From the human T2T-CHM13v2.0 reference genome, Homo sapiens: a DNA stretch of 64,000 nt. The stretch lies in assembly GCF_009914755.1 (NCBI RefSeq), contig NC_060925.1, one strand, 5' to 3'. The notes beneath the pieces were generated by a model. That model ran no database searches. It was given only the letters and a program-made list of their open reading frames with translations, and was not told the origin of the DNA. A program made the position numbers and the translations under genes. Of this stretch, positions 45,811 through 62,278 are shown one piece after another (position 1 is the first letter of the stretch; the number at the start of each line of letters is the position of its first letter).

Positions 45811-48020
45811 TCAGCACCACTCACACAGGAAACCTCACGCATGAAACCTCACACAACAGCACTGCAGCTCTTTCGCTTGGTTAACTTGGGGACAGCCCTG
45901 AGACATGAGATCGGCCTTTACAGCCTTCTTCCCAGGCTGGTGGAAGATCAGGCTGCTCTGAATCCAGGCCGGCTGGAATTGGCGGGGCCTCTCAACACAG
46001 TCAAGAATGGCTAACGGCAGGCAGAAACATTTTGTGGCCTAATAAAGGATCAAAGAAATGTTCCTTACAAAGAGGAAATGAATTATCCACACATCAAGCT
46101 CCTTCATGTCTTCTGTTTGTTTGTTTTAGGCCCTCCAGCCTGTTTGGATAAAACATGTTACACTGAGAAAGCATCAAAGAAAACGAAACAACAGTGACAT
46201 TTAAAGGGAACTCCGCCGGCTAGACAGAGCCCCATTTTGGGTTCAGCTCCAACTTCTCCCTGTTCTGTCTCTCCTGGCCATGGGGAGTATTCACCCACAG
46301 CTGACATAAGATTATCAGCAAAGGTTTTAACAAGAACCAGACCTTTCTCTTCTAATCTTTCCCCCAATCCAAAATGTCATGAAAAAACTTCAAAGAATCT
46401 TGTTAGAATTTAAAAATATTCTACTATTGTGTAACTCATGCTGAAAAATGCACATCTAGGTATGAAAAACGCACAGATTGCTCTGTCAAAGACCACTACG
46501 TGACTGCACTTCCATAGCAGAGATCCCATCTTTCCTTTCAGCTAAATTTAATCTGTTCTAAACTCTGAAAGTTATTGAGTCCTAAAGACATTTATTTAGC
46601 AGGTCCTAACAATGAGCAGTTTATAGGCAATTGTGAAACATGACCACAAAGATTATTGGATGGGGGTCAGTAATTTGAATTGCTAGAAAAATATAGATCA
46701 CTCTTGACTGACATGAATGATCAGTGGTATCATTTACCCAGAATTACTCAAGAGAGAATAGTAACATGGAATGAGAAGCTGCTTCTACCCTGAAGGAGTC
46801 ACTTTTATAGCTATACAACTTCTACCCTACTCAGTCTGTGTGTGGCAAAACTAGTTTATCCTCCTCATGGCATCTACCTGAATTCATCTTATTTAAGTTA
46901 ATTTGCTTATTTGTCTGTGGTCCCTATTAGAATGCAAATCCCATGAGAACAGTACCTCCACGGTTATTTCTATTCCCAGAGTTGAGAAGGTGCCTCGTAC
47001 ACAGTCAGTACTCATTGTTGAGTGACTGAGGAGACAAACAGCAGGAATATATTCTACAGCCAACACTTGAATCTGCGATCTTAGTCTACATAGTCTTCCA
47101 TTCACAAAACTCTATCTTCTCGTACCTTTCCTCCACCTTCAACCTCTCCATGTTAATGCACTTCGGCTCCATTTACCAGTTAACGATTTAGTGATCCCAC
47201 TGAGAAGCCAGGAGCTCCAACAGCCACCGAGAAGCACAGCACCCAGCAGAGCTGCGTGTGGAGGCAACGCTCACCTCCCTCTCCATGGGACCTAAATGAC
47301 CAGCATAGCACACGCTTCCTTCCTTCCCAGCCCTTCCTGTATTCCCAGCCCAGTCCAGACTAGACGTCCTTCTGACCAGAAGCTCACCCTAGCAAATCCC
47401 AACTGACGCCTCGCACGACGTCCCCTAGAGACCTACTGTCCTCTCACACGCAGTTCTCCAAAAGGCCTCATACCCCAACCCCCGAGCCCTGCTGCAGCTT
47501 TCTCACTTTCAGATCCACACAGAATCCCTTTTAACCCCTCCAGTTATAGGGCCAGAAGTTGTTTTGTCAACAGTAGCAATCCTGTCTCACCGTCTCATCA
47601 ACCATGCCCATCCGGGTTCCCCCATCACAGTGTCAACCACTTGCCAAACCCATCTCCTTCTTATCCTGTGACCAGCACCAAAGTCTCTTCCTAGCTAGCT
47701 AAGTCTCTTCCTCCATCCTACCTTTCGACAGCACTCTCAGGAACGTGGAAAAGGTTGCCCACGGCCCTTCTAATAGTCTGTGTCTACCATTCTTGGTGCT
47801 CTTTATTCCAGCCTAGCCATCTACCGGTAGCCATACCTAAGATGTGAAACTACAGATTTTCCCTATTTACTGCACAGCTACCATGACCCCCACAACATCC
47901 CTCTTCTTGACTGTGTCCCTCAACTCCTCTACCACTTCTGTACTGGTTCCCCATGTTCTCTATGCAGCCTGGGGCTTAACTATCCATTATGTCAACAATG
48001 CAGTCAATACTCACTACCTC

Positions 48021-48333
<313 letters not shown>

Positions 48334-48574
48334 TCAACATCCCGACCTCCCACCAATTTTCTAGCCCAATCTTCCACCCACTTTGGCTGCATATTAGTGT
48401 CCTAACATCCTGGGACACTGGAAACTTGTACCCCAGATGAATTAAATTGGACCCAAGTTTCTGCTCTGTGTGTCTGAAGTTCCTCATGTGACTCCAGCGT
48501 GCTAATAGTGTGAAGTGCTGCTGTACACCGACAGCTCTCAACGTCTCTCACTAGGGGCATAGTCCTGATCCAGT

Positions 48575-48705
48575 CCAGTAGTTCTCAGGGCCTGGATGCC
48601 CATGTCCCACCCTAGGGATTCTGCTCTGACTTGCTGGGGTACAGGCCAGCATTGGGGCATTTTCAAGTTCTCCCGATGACTCTAACGCACAGCCAAGTTT
48701 ACAAG
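48575..48705. mobile_element. MER5A-like fragment
   Basis: cagtagttctca...ttttcaagttctcccgatgactctaacgcacagccaagttt. Confidence 0.5.
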
Positions 48706-50396
48706 ACGTCCTCAGCCCACCTCCACTCTTCCAATGCTACTGCCAGACTGGTCTTCAAGGGCAGCTCCAGTCCTATCCTTCCCCACACATTCAAAAATAT
48801 ATAATTTTTCCTCGTTTCCTGTTGAATTAAACATAAACTTCTCAGTCAAAAGTGGAAGGCTCTGAATTAGCTACCTCACATCCTCCCCCACCCATAAGCT
48901 TCATCCAAACTGGGCAACAACTTGCTACTAACCAACCACTCAAATTCTTTTAGCCCTTGTTCTCCAATTAACTAACCTCTGTCAACTCTGCCCGGTGAAA
49001 TCCTATCCATCCTTCAAGGTCCTCTCAAATAAGCCTCCTCTACAGCACCCTTCCTGATCTCCCTGTCCAAGAGCAGGGAGCAAGCTGCTCACCTCAGCAG
49101 GCCCTGTGAGCCCCAGAACACCATCTGAAGCAAAAGAGGCACTCAAAACAAATTTTCAATTGTGTGGCTGCTGTCCCCTCTCTAGATTCTGTGGTGATAA
49201 ATCCAACTCAAGCACTCATTTACACCCACTACCCAAATCAGTCAAGGATACCACAGTGGGATGGCATGTCACCTGCCATACTGCCAAGCAGTTACCAAGG
49301 TTGGTGGTAACTCCTGCAGAGATCTTAGCAGTGAAAGAACAAATGCTGTTTGTTTAAAGTCACTGATACGCTCCCTTCCTTTTGTACACAGAAATCAATA
49401 ATGTTTTTTCTAAGTCTTGTTTCCAAAAAACTAAGCCAAATAAAAAAAAAGTCACTTGAATAATAGAAGAACAAACTAACAATGATAGGAACAGAAGATT
49501 CAACTAGAGGAAGAATTATGAGAGCAAACAGTGGATACAACGGTCTCAAACATCCAGCAGAGCCCTGCACACAAGAGTAGGAATGGAAACGCAGTAGAAT
49601 TAAATTCAGTATAAGATGAAAAATAAAGACCTTCCTTTTTCCATGTATATTTTTAAGGTAAATTTAATTATCCAGAAACAGACAAAAATGTTTGCTCTTC
49701 ACCTTCAAGAATCCACCACCCCTTTTGTGAAGATACTCAGGCTCAGTAGAGTGCACCCGTACACATGCCCATCTTCGTAACGGAATGCCTGAGTGCCTAA
49801 GATGTTCAAACCAGTGGAGAGTAGCATGGCGTGATGCTCATGGACTCCTCTAAATGTGTGAGCAACCGGATTACACATCTCAGAGTGTGGCCTAAAAGCA
49901 AGATAAATCTACGTGGATCATTTGAATGTTTTACAGATATTTAAAAAGAGAGGGAGAGAGAGGAAGGGAATGTGAGCTGATTATGAAGTCAGAGAATTTA
50001 ATGAGGGAGACAAGCTACCAAGGTCAGATTGCTCTGGGGTCATAAACTTGGAAAGTGACTATGAAGCTGACAAAGAAGTTGGGTTGTCTCAAAGGACGAT
50101 CTGAAAATAATTTTCTACTTTTGTTATTGCTAAAGGACTGGAGAATTTCATTTCCATGGACTGAACTGAGCAGTAGGATCCCAAAAATCCAGAGCCCACC
50201 CCACTCTTTAAGCTGCTCTGAGAATTGGAACAGCTCTGCCTGATGAAATCAAGACTTCAACGTGGGAGAGATCACCACAGATCAAAGCTCCAGGTCTTCT
50301 CTAGGCAAAGCTCCTTTATTTCTTAGATTAATGTTAGGTGGGTTTTTGGTCGAGGTCAACCAGTTTCCCAAACCTTTGCTTATCAAGATCTCCTTA

Positions 50397-50698
<302 letters not shown>

Positions 50699-51398
50699 TT
50701 AATTCATTTTCTAAAATTCTCTTTTAAAATTGGATAACCAAGCTTACTTAGCTCTGTCACCCTAATTAATTAGAGGCCCTATCTGAAAAAAGAAAATGAG
50801 TAATATTTAGGATGAACATGTCTGTTTGGAAAACAGTTTATTAGCAAATGTGTGACACCTCCACAGATTTTAATATTAAACAGTGGCTCCCAGAGAAGAC
50901 TCCAAGCTGCTGTTGAGGGGAGCACAAGGGACAGAAGAGCACAGAGCATGGCTGCAGTGATGGGCCATCCTTCCTCCCACTCTGGTGGAGTCTATGGTAC
51001 TCATTAGCCTGCATCTCTGTAGCCTAGGAGATTTGGTTTCATTACTGTCAATGGCAAAGCTTAGAAAAATAAAAGTATGATCAAAACTTACAAATCAGCT
51101 TCAAGGGAGATCCCAGAACTTTCAGTAACAAAAGGACACTGTGTGTGTGTGTACGCACACATGCATGTGTACACGTGTGTTTTCAAATTTCTTAAACAGG
51201 AATGACTCTGTTAGCTTTAGATAAATCATGTGGCCAATTTTTCACCTGGGAAGTGAAAGGATGGGGCAGGCAGCAGACCAAGATGGGCTTAATCCTGACC
51301 TCCTGTCAAACACAGCTGCCAGCACCTCAGAATTTTCCCCTTCCCTTTCCTTCTCCTTTTCCTATAATTTTTTAGATTAAAAAAAAAAACTTAAGACT

Positions 51399-51815
<417 letters not shown>

Positions 51816-52105
51816 TCAGGCCAGTTTTCTCTCCACAAACCACCAGGCCTGTTTTTCCTGCTTTTGCCCACCAACCCACCCCAAAAATGAGTTTTCCATA
51901 TAGGAAAGAGAAGAGCCTGGCTTATCTTCTTCAGGAGGTAACTGTGCCTTCCCCAGAGAGCTCAGGTGCCAGGACGTCAGCAGCCCTCAGACAGCAGAGC
52001 CAGGAGGGACACGGGGCAGTGGTGACGAAGCTGTTCAGGGCAACTCTGGGCATCCTCCTATTTTCAGAATAACAATCTTCCTGGTGTTCTTAGCAGCATG
52101 ATTCC

Positions 52106-52185
52106 TTTTTTTATTATTATTTTTTATTTTTTAGAGACAGGGTATCGCTCTGTCACCCAGGCTGGAGTGCAGTGGCGAGATCACA
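52106..52185 (-). mobile_element. Severely 5'-truncated Alu
   Basis: Only the last ~55 nt plus tail; TSD agcaYgattcc. Confidence 0.75.
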
Positions 52186-53499
52186 AGGGAGCACGATTCC
52201 TGAACTGGGGGAACAGTGCTGAGTTGTATGGGAAGGTGTGTTAGAACAGCCAGATTCACCTGTGCTGCCCACTGAGCTCTTTCCTTCTCCATCACTCATT
52301 CTCCCATAATAGAACATCTCAACCACACGTATCATCAGTACACATCAGGTGATGTTGGCAATGAACGAGTTTTTTTAATTGGAATTTAGAAAATAAAACC
52401 ACAAACTGGAAGGAGTTGGTTGCTCCTTCCAAAGCAAGCTACTGAGAGGAAAAGAACAGGGACACATCCAGTTAATTAATTCTCCCTAGACGGTGGCAGC
52501 TCAAGAGCTCAGCCAAAGAGGTCACTGCACTGAAGCAATGTGAGGTTTCTCTTCTGTTCCACCCACTCAAATGATATTTTCTTATTATCAATCCTGCTCC
52601 AGGTGCTGGGCCAGGTTCTGTGAATACAAAAAGAATTAAACTACAACCCTGCCCTCAAGACTTCCTAGTTTTGTGTGGAGGCACCTAAATGAACTTGTCA
52701 AACCAACCTGGTGCAGCAGGGCCTGCAAAATGCAGTGACGTCCCGGCCTTCATCAGTCATGGGCCACTCCTCATTCTAAAGTGCCTCGTGAGCACCCTAA
52801 CCTCTCAGAAGAACGAGTGTTGGGGAAAGAAGAATATCAGAACACTACTAGGGAACATTAAGCTTGGCCCAGCATTCTAGTTAGTCAGTGCACGTAGCAT
52901 CCATCCTCCAGACATTAAGAATAATCACCACAGGCCTAGAGCAAGCAAATGCCGGCCGACAAGGGAAGCTGGCCTCTTCTGTCAAACAGCAGTATTAGAG
53001 GGACTCTCCCCTGAGCTGAGTCTCAAAGCCAGGGTATTTGACTCAAGAAAGGAAGATTTTTGAGATGACTCTTTTCATTAGGTGTTATAATTCAGGGCAT
53101 GACATCTACAGTTTTAAGTTTTCCACAGTGTTCACTTCCTGAATTAAAATTTGTCAGGACAGGCTGATAACAAGAGTAATGACTGCTCCAAGATAGAGGT
53201 ACAGCAGGTACACTTTTCTTTCCAGGTATTTTCTTGCTCCTACTCAGGAAAAACAGCTCCTCTCACAAATGCTGAATTTATAGTAAACTTATGTAGTAAA
53301 TATTGTCTAAACCAGTTACAAAACAAAAACGCTTCAATCTTGACACAATGAGCAGCTGCAGAAGTCAGAGGAATGCATGACTCAGAGTCCTACATAACTG
53401 AAGCCGTAAAAACACTGTTATGAGAGATACAATGTTAGGAGAAAACAGAACAGCCCTCAAGAATTCCTCATTAATTTGATAATGTAATTTAACTGTGAG

Positions 53500-53970
53500 G
53501 TACAAAATAGGAGTGAACATCTCTGGTCTAAGATCCTGGTGGCCTTCCGACTTCATCTTCTCCATCCACTCCGGGGCATCTTTGCTCTTCCTGGAACACA
53601 CTCAGGCATGCTCCCACCTCAGGGCCTTTGCACTGTTTCCTTGGCCCAGAATTCTCTTCCCCTATGTATCTGCAAGGCTAGCTTCCTCACTTTTTAAGGT
53701 CTTTACTCAAAAGTGAACTCTCCATGGCTACCTTAAGAAAAAGTTCAACCCCTCTACCTGGTATTTCCTATCACTTTCCTGCTTTTAATTTTTTCAGGAC
53801 TAACACACTATACATGTCACTTAGCAAGACTGTTTTAATCTATCCTCCTTCCCCACTACAATCTCAACTCCATGAAGGCAGAGAATTTTGTCTGTTTTGT
53901 TCACTGCTGTATCACCTGGCAGAGTGTCAATGCTCTACCAATATTTCCAGAATGAAAGAATGAATGAATT
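53500..53970 (+). mobile_element. L2 3' region
   Basis: cctcagggcctttgcactg...ctccatgaaggcagagaattttgtctgttttgttcactgc...gaatgaatgaa. Confidence 0.75.
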
Positions 53971-54464
53971 TCAACTAGTGAGCTAAAATCAGAACTGAAT
54001 GAGAAACTTGGTAAGTAGGAAGGAATCATTCTATCTTCATGTTCACACAGTCAACAATCACAGGAAGAGCCAAACCGACACCAAACTCCTCTGCAAGGAA
54101 TGCAGAGCCAGACAGACAGATCCTGAGGCCCCATGCTCAGGTGGTGAGGCCAATATCAGGCACTGTCTTTCTCCCCTTATAACCACCAAACACATGCTGC
54201 TTCCTGATAGCTCAGTACTTTGCCTCATAAATGTGGAAAACACACTAGAATTCACCTATATAAAGGTACTTCGGAAAAATGTCTTAAGGCAAGTGCAAAA
54301 ACAAAATCAAATCTAAGTGTCAATTAGTTGCATGCAGGGTGTTAGGAAAAGAATAACAAAACACTACTAGAGAAGATACAAAATAGGCTGGCACTCTAGT
54401 GAAGATGGCAATTAGGGGGCTACCAAGGCCATCACTACTTCTACCTAAGGGAGACTTACTTACT

Positions 54465-54773
54465 TACTTTATATATTTATTTATTTATTTTTTTGAGACA
54501 GAGTCTTGCTCTGTCACCCAGACTGGAGTGCAGTGGCACAATCTTGGCTCAATGCATCCTCTGCTTCCTGGGGAGGTGATTCTCCTGCCTCAGCCTTCCA
54601 TGTAGCTGAGATTACAAGCACGCACCACCACGCCCAGCTAATTTTTGTATTTTTAGTAGAGACGGTGTTTCGCTATGTTGGCCAGGCTGGTCCTGAACTC
54701 CTGACCTCACTTGATCTCCCTGCCTCCGCCTCCCAAAGTGCTGGGATTACAAGCATGAGCCTCTGCGCCTAGC
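54465..54773 (-). mobile_element. AluS
   Basis: Full dimer; TSD taagggagactt. Confidence 0.88.
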
Positions 54774-55434
54774 CTAAGGGAGACTTTAGATTTAAGACAG
54801 AAGTATGCCAGGAGAGAGGAGGTAGCTTTAAATGAATGACTTCCTCTCATGGTAGGGTTCTCATTTTTCACTTCCTGTTTCCTTCTCCCAACATTCAATT
54901 CCAGTTACCAATGTAATATGTCTCACCTGTGAAAATGTAAGACTCCAATGTCACTATACGTAGAATGTTCTAAGCACACGCATTAAAACTGACTCCAATT
55001 CTGTTGCTAAGAAACTGCACAAGAAAAGGGTTTTCCATCCTCTTCGTTTATAAAATAACCACTGTCTATGGGAGAACAAATGCAATCTCTCAAGTCCCCT
55101 TGTGCCTTGTTCTCATTTTTTAAATGAACAGAGAAAGATGATAGAGAGTGGCTGAAAGTGTATGCTATCTCCATTTTTTTACATGCCCTTGAAAATGAGA
55201 TGGAAACATGGCTTCAATAACCCACTGCTCTAGTATTTATTAATCTTTCAAGCTGAAGACTCCCCCCATTACTCCCCTTACTCCCCGCTCAAGCAAAAAT
55301 GAAAAATATACCGTCAAAAGTACTCTTCGATTTAAAAAGATTATCCCAAGCAGCCAGGAGTAATTTAAGGTGTGCTTATATTCAATGTGGGGTTACTTTC
55401 CAGGTCTCTGTATAGCCCTGATGTCTAAACACAG

Positions 55435-55479
55435 ACGTGTGCGCATGCGCGCACACACACATATACATACACACACACG
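55435..55479. repeat. Alternating purine-pyrimidine tract containing GCGCATGCGC
   Basis: acgtgtgcgcatgcgcgcacacacacatatacatacacacacacg. Confidence 0.85.
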
Positions 55480-58400
55480 GCCCTAAAGAACAGCACAAGG
55501 TATGCTGGCTTTTATTTTTTTAATCTAAAAGTAGGGCTGGGGATGATGGACTTAAAAAAAGTACCGGTTAAAGACACTAAGAAAAGAATAATCTTGTTAA
55601 ACACAAAGAGCAAAATGGGCATACTAACTTCTTTGACCACAGCATAAAGAGGAAGCCTAGAAAGTAGTGAGCCGTGGATGTGAATGGAAAGGTCACAGCT
55701 GAATCTGTACATTTATCCCAGAGGCGACTTCTACTGACATGAACTACTGAAATACATTTTTGAAATATCTCTTCCCTTCTAATAAAATGCTTGTCCTATT
55801 TCATTTACTAAAGGGTTTTAAAAATACATTTCTCTTTAGAGCTTGTTAAACAGTAGAATCTTTCTGCAAACTAATTGACAGAATTGACTGCCTTACACCA
55901 ACTTTTCTGTGCATATAATTGATTTTTAATTTGCTGTCTCATTTCCGAAAGGACTTGACAATAAACTCCATTCTATCCATACTATTGACTTCTTTAAGCA
56001 AGGGTTTGGTTCAAAGGCCGATGGGAATTAACCATAGGAAAAATAGTCCAATTTTATTAATAGTTGGAACTTCAGGCAAATCTCACTTGAATCTACATTT
56101 TTCTTTTTTAATATTAAGGGCTAATTCTCACTATAGGTCACATTAAGAATACATAATATGGAGTAATATGTACATACGTGTAATATATCAACATTTCTAT
56201 TTCTCTTATTTTTCCTACTCTCATATATACAAATTTAGTTCTTCATAAGAAACAGTACCACTGTCATTTAAAACTGGAGGAAGGGTGGTTAGTAGAGAGG
56301 AGAATCTACTGTGATTCAATTTAAAATGTACTAAGTACCTACTATGTGATGCAGTAGATACATTGTATCTATATTTTGGGTTAATGGCAAAGGTTCCAAA
56401 TGAATTGTAAAAATTTTCAAGTTATAATTTCTTTAGAAAGATAATTTCAATGTTCTGACTCAACTCACATGTATGCAAACCTGTACACATACGTAAGTTG
56501 ACAATGACATAAAACCACGTACGTACATAAACAAAGACCAGAAGAGAGCAAGAAGCCAGCAAATGAGACGATGAAGCCAGACACTGTGAGACGACGTGTT
56601 AGTGGTGAGGTTTTAAATTCCCTTTAATGATTTTAGGATGTTGTTCTAACAATAAAAAAAACAATCTGCACAAAACCCTAAAAAGAATAAGAAAGTGAAA
56701 AGGTTCGTACTAGATGACCTACAAGACTCTCCTATCATCATTTTTGAATGACTACATAAAATGGTCAACAACTCTGGAAATTTTACCATTCCTAAAATAA
56801 ATATAACTAACCCTTCCCCTATATTGTGGATGTAAAATTTTAAAACAAAATCACCAAGATTATTAGTATCTGAAATCCACGTAACCATAACTACAAGCTC
56901 TGAGAGCCTCTCTCCCTCTTTGTCATTGTCCTCCTTGCTGTTTTCACCTCCACAACCTCCTGCTGCTATTGGATCTTAACGGGGATTTTGCTGTGAATTC
57001 CATTTTCCTCAGCTGCCATGCAAACAGTAAATAAAATTCATTGTATTTTTGCCCCACTAAGCAGCCCCGTCTTCTGGCACATTCAGATGCCTAGCTTGAA
57101 AAGAGTGAACAATGAAAACAATGTTTTCTCAAGCAGACATTCCAAAAAGGGCATAACAAAGGCATCTGGAGATGCTGCTGGGGAAAGACACCCTGCAAAT
57201 AGTTGTGTGTATTCTGTGTAAGTAATTCCTTGACCGGCCGCACGGGTTCACTGGATTACAAATATTTAGAAAATTACTTTGCCATCTCATGTCAATTTTG
57301 AAAGAAGGATTTTCATTTATATTTATGATAGACTGAGCTTTAAATTGAAGGAAGATTTAGATGTTTTAAAATTTATGAGCTTGTAAATAAATCCATGTAC
57401 ATGGCCAATTAAGGTTTATCACTACCACAGATTAACTATTTTTGGATAAAAATTTCAGAGCTTATTTGTATCTAGATTGTTCACCTCAATGTATTACATC
57501 AAAATTGATATAAAATATTTAATGGGTAGTGTATTTCAAGATAAAAGCTATAGTTACCCAAGATGAAATAAAAACACCCTGTAGTAACATGGTAAGCAAC
57601 AGAACCTTCACTTTGTGCAACACCTGGATTGTTGCGGAAAGCGAATTCAACATGAAAATAATTTTAAAAACCAAAACGCAGCTAAGTGGATAGGAAGCAA
57701 AGAGTGAGATGCACAGCTCACTGGAGCACCCAATCTTACAATCTTGCAAGTCAAACCAAACTCCACAAGGAAAATGCAGGCCCTGAATTTTAAAAAGAAT
57801 TCAATTAGCATCCCCAGTATTTCCATAATCAACAGCTGAATGCTAATTAAGAGCACAGCATCAAGCGGCAACGGAATCCCAGTGCAATAAGCACCAACAC
57901 AACAGCAGCAAATGCTACCTTCAGCTCGCATGCATAAATAAACAGAATTAATAACCACCCAAGCATGGAAGGGTGACTTAATCTGTTTCGATTAGGTGCA
58001 GTTCAGCCTGGGGCCTTTATGTTATATTTGAATGTGTTCATCATGTTTAATTAAAAACCTAATAATCTAAGATTTGTTTTGTTTGGGTTTTTTTTTTTAA
58101 TGTTTTAATCTCTATTTCCTCCTCTTTATCTTCCTAAGTTCTACCAATCTGGATGACTTCCTGAAAAGGAACAGTATTTTTAGCATAATATATGTGAAAT
58201 TGATTAACCATCAATGTAACTCTCAGAGGCAGAAGGCAGCCATTTACTTTGGCTCCACCCTTACCCATACCTTGGTATTTAAAGCTTCACAAACTGACCT
58301 AGCATTTCTTCCAAAATGCTTCTCTGATCAAACCAAGTTTACTTAGCCTGAAAGACATGACCCAGGTGTTGCTCACAGACACTCGGCAAAAGCAAAATTA

Positions 58401-58547
58401 ATTTGCAGTATCCGGTACAGAATTTGACAGAAACTGGCACATTTTGGCTTCAGTTCAAGATTTGAAGTGTCTCAGCCCCAAAGCAACTTCAATTAGGAAC
58501 ATCATACACGCACACTGTCAGAGAAATAAACTGAGAGTTTGAGATGA

Positions 58548-58941
<394 letters not shown>

Positions 58942-59632
58942 CCAAAAGTAAAATTTTTAAGGTTGGTTTCTGAGGCATGTAAAAGTTTTTCTCTTTAATG
59001 TGCTGATTCATAACTATTAACTATTAAAAGTTTTAAAATGCTGGATTGAAGACACTCAATTATAGTGAAGAACTTTTTAAAAGGATTACCTTGAACAAAG
59101 AGTCATCAATATTCTTCAAGCCTCTCATATGGAGAGAAACTATCTTCATCATTAAGTCCTTACCCTTAATAAGTTTACAAACTCGGAGGACAATCAACTC
59201 AGAAATAAGACCGCAAGGAATGAAGAGCTGGGGATCAGAAGTCAGCACGAGGAGGCAGAGGATGAACTGCCAAGCGAGTGACGCGCAGAGGGGAGACAGT
59301 GCGAAGAGGGAGCACTGGCCGCGGGATGGGCCAGGAACCGAGCTGAGACTGGAGAACGAGTAGGGTCTGCACTGGCATGAGAGGTTAGTTTCTTCATAGA
59401 GCAGCAGGCCTGCCAGGCCCAGGAGGTGCAGAGGCCCAGCCTGTCCGCTGCACAGCAGGGAACTCACACCTTCAGGTGCTTATTTCACCAACCCTCTCAC
59501 AGAGCAGCTGCTTCAAAGTATTCATGTAAAAATGCCAAGGGAAACCCGTTCATCAAGACTGTTGTAGTCAGATCAGACACTGGGTAGTTAGAACAAATTA
59601 ATATGCCAGCGGCAGCGAAGTTTAGTAATAAG

Positions 59633-59775
59633 TAGCCAGGCATTGTGGCTTGCCTGTAGTCCCAGCTGCTCAGAGGCTGATGTGGGAGGATCACTTGAGC
59701 CCAACAGTTTGAGTCCAGCCTGGGCAACATAGCAAGACCCCCATCTCTTAAAAAATAGTAATGATAATAATAAAA
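59633..59775 (+). mobile_element. Alu monomer (FRAM/FLAM)
   Basis: agccaggcattgtggcttgcctgtagtccc...gcaacatagcaagaccc. Confidence 0.75.
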
Positions 59776-61149
59776 ATAATAATTAGAATGTTCCAAGTAT
59801 ATAGAAAACTGGGAGGAAAAAAGGGGGAGGTAGGCCCATGTATTTATGTTAGCTGGAACACATTTGTTTTGCTTATTCCTGTGATTCCTGAGGTGAGAAA
59901 ATGTGGTAAATTTAACAGAAGGGGGCCACATGAACACAGCAGGTGTTTTTTCACAGCCAAAGCCAGGCGAGGGTAAAGAGGGGACTGCCTTGTTGCCACA
60001 TAAATCTCTTCAAAGATTTGATTTGGATCCATTCACCAGAAGCTTCCTTCAACCTCTCAATTATTCAGTCAGTCTCTCTTCTTCACTGCTGAGGTTTTCA
60101 AAGTGAAGCTTCACTTCCTACACATAAGGGAACCATTTGATCCTGAGGCTCTACAAGGGCTGGATGGCTGCCAAGACATTTTTCAAACCAAGAAGCAAAC
60201 ATGATAAAAATGACCCCAAACGGATACGGATGTATACAGTTAAGGATCATTATTCCATACTCAAAATATTCACCACTTTGGAGTCCTGTTTTGTTTTTCA
60301 AAATAAACCAGGCTCTTTCTGATGTGCAAAACTTCCCTCTCAGCTCACAGCGACAAATCCTCAAGCAGCAGCAATGGGGAGACAATCAACAGCTGCCTGA
60401 TGTTACAAGCAGGCGCTGCAGGAAAAGGAAAGCAGCTTTCTCTTCAGCAGGAAGAGAGGACTTTGGCTGTGTATTTTTAAAATTCCAGAGGGAATGAAAG
60501 GTCACAAGAGAAATGAAAGAAGGGAGAGAGGAGAGCCATGGCTAGCGAGGGGCTGGGAGGCATGAGTGAGGAGTGGGGAGGGTGGGAGACACCAAGAAGA
60601 GGCAGGGAAGTGGGGAAGGAGAGAGGACGCCAAAGGGCATGGAGACTGAAGAGAGAGGAGATGGCCAGGAACTGAGGGAAATGCAGAAGCAGAAGCAGCC
60701 ATGGATTGCAAGCTGACAAGGCCCTGAGGCCGCCTAGGCCAGGCTGAGAGGACTGAAGACAATCTCACAAAGGGTGGTTAAACGACCACAGTCTATACAC
60801 TTGTTCCATCCTTTTCATCTCCTTATGTGTTTCTTCCACACAGGCTTTTCGCAGAATTTTAAAACCTTGTCAATCAGATCTCTTATCCACTCCTCACATA
60901 AACAGGCTTACAGTAAAAAAACAGTATCACTACGACTTCTCAAAACTGAATTTAACGTTGTCTAAACATTTTAAAATGTTTAAGATGTTTCTTTCTCTTT
61001 AATAATCACGTTAAGATTTTTATGGTTTTGTTTGTTTTAAAACAGCTTCATGAACTCTGTAAGTCTGATAAAGTTAAAGTCTTAAGGAACTATTCAACAA
61101 GCACTCCATTACCAAACCCTAGGGCCATTTCAGTGCATCTCAGCTCCGC

Positions 61150-61820
61150 CTAGCTTTTCCCATTCCTCAGCCCTTGCCCACCCTCACCCACAGCCATTCT
61201 AGGAGCAAATTCTCTTTTCTCTACCTTCAAGGTGCAGCCTGGATCTCGCTGCTTCTTATCACGACCACTGCTGCCACACCACCCAGCCACCAGTCCCAGC
61301 CTGGTGTGCAGCAACCCCCAGAGACCACCGGACTCAGCGGCCAGTGTGAGCCCCACTGTCGGAGCAAGTCACTCCTCTGTTCAGAAGCTGCTCATGTGGG
61401 GCACATCACCATGCCCTGACAGCAGGCCAACAGGTCACACCTGATCTGCTCCCTCTAGGGCACCCCTCCCACCACTCCCCTCCTTGCTGTGTTGCAGAAA
61501 CATTCCTGCCTACTTCTTGAACATGCCAAGCATGCTTTCACCTTAGGGCCCAGAATTCTCTAATATCCAAAAGGCTGCCTTCCTCACCTTACTAAGGTCT
61601 CATCTAAATGTTACTTACCAGGACTTTCCTGATCCTCCCTTAGCTAAGACAGTACCCCACCCAGCTGATTCTCCCTCATTACCCTATTCTATATCTGCTT
61701 CACCACCCCCGGCACATACTCATTTATGAAGGTCTCCCCTCTTAAAACTTAAGACTCCCAAGGAGGGACAACACCTGGCACGCAAGCAGGCACTCAGTAA
61801 ATATTGCTGAATCAATGAAA
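61150..61820 (+). mobile_element. L2 remnants
   Basis: ttcttgaacatgccaagcatg...ttagggcc...gcactcagtaaatattgctgaatcaatga. Confidence 0.6.
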
Positions 61821-62278
61821 GAGCGGGATCAGGAAAGCACATACAATTTCTAAACATTCTTTCTTAGCATATTTTAAAATACAGGAGAGGAACTTGCAAT
61901 CAATAGGTGTATTAGTGCCAGCCTTCATTTAAATTTCATTCGACCTGAAAGGCAAATGTCAAGCGGTAACATTCATACTGAAGACTGTATTTGCAAAAGC
62001 ACAAGAAATCCGTAAGTCGTTTACAGCAATGCCTTTTACAAGTCACAAGATGGAGATGTAGCTTCATTAAAACTGTCTGCTGGATGGGAATCCATGGGTT
62101 TGCAAGGCTGTATCTGTGGGCACATTTCTCTCCCCCCACTTCCTTCAACAGGCCACAGCAATACAATCAGTATGTAAAATCCAGCATATTTATTTCATCA
62201 ACTCTCTGCTTCCCGCTTGTAATCAATGTCCTTTAAGGAGGTCAGGGGTCTTACAAGCCCTATAAAAACAAGTCACCA

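Noticed and set aside
47681-47712. aagtctcttcct direct repeat around a palindrome; also 12-bp tandem at ~29808
   Set aside because: Ordinary micro-duplications with no supporting context.
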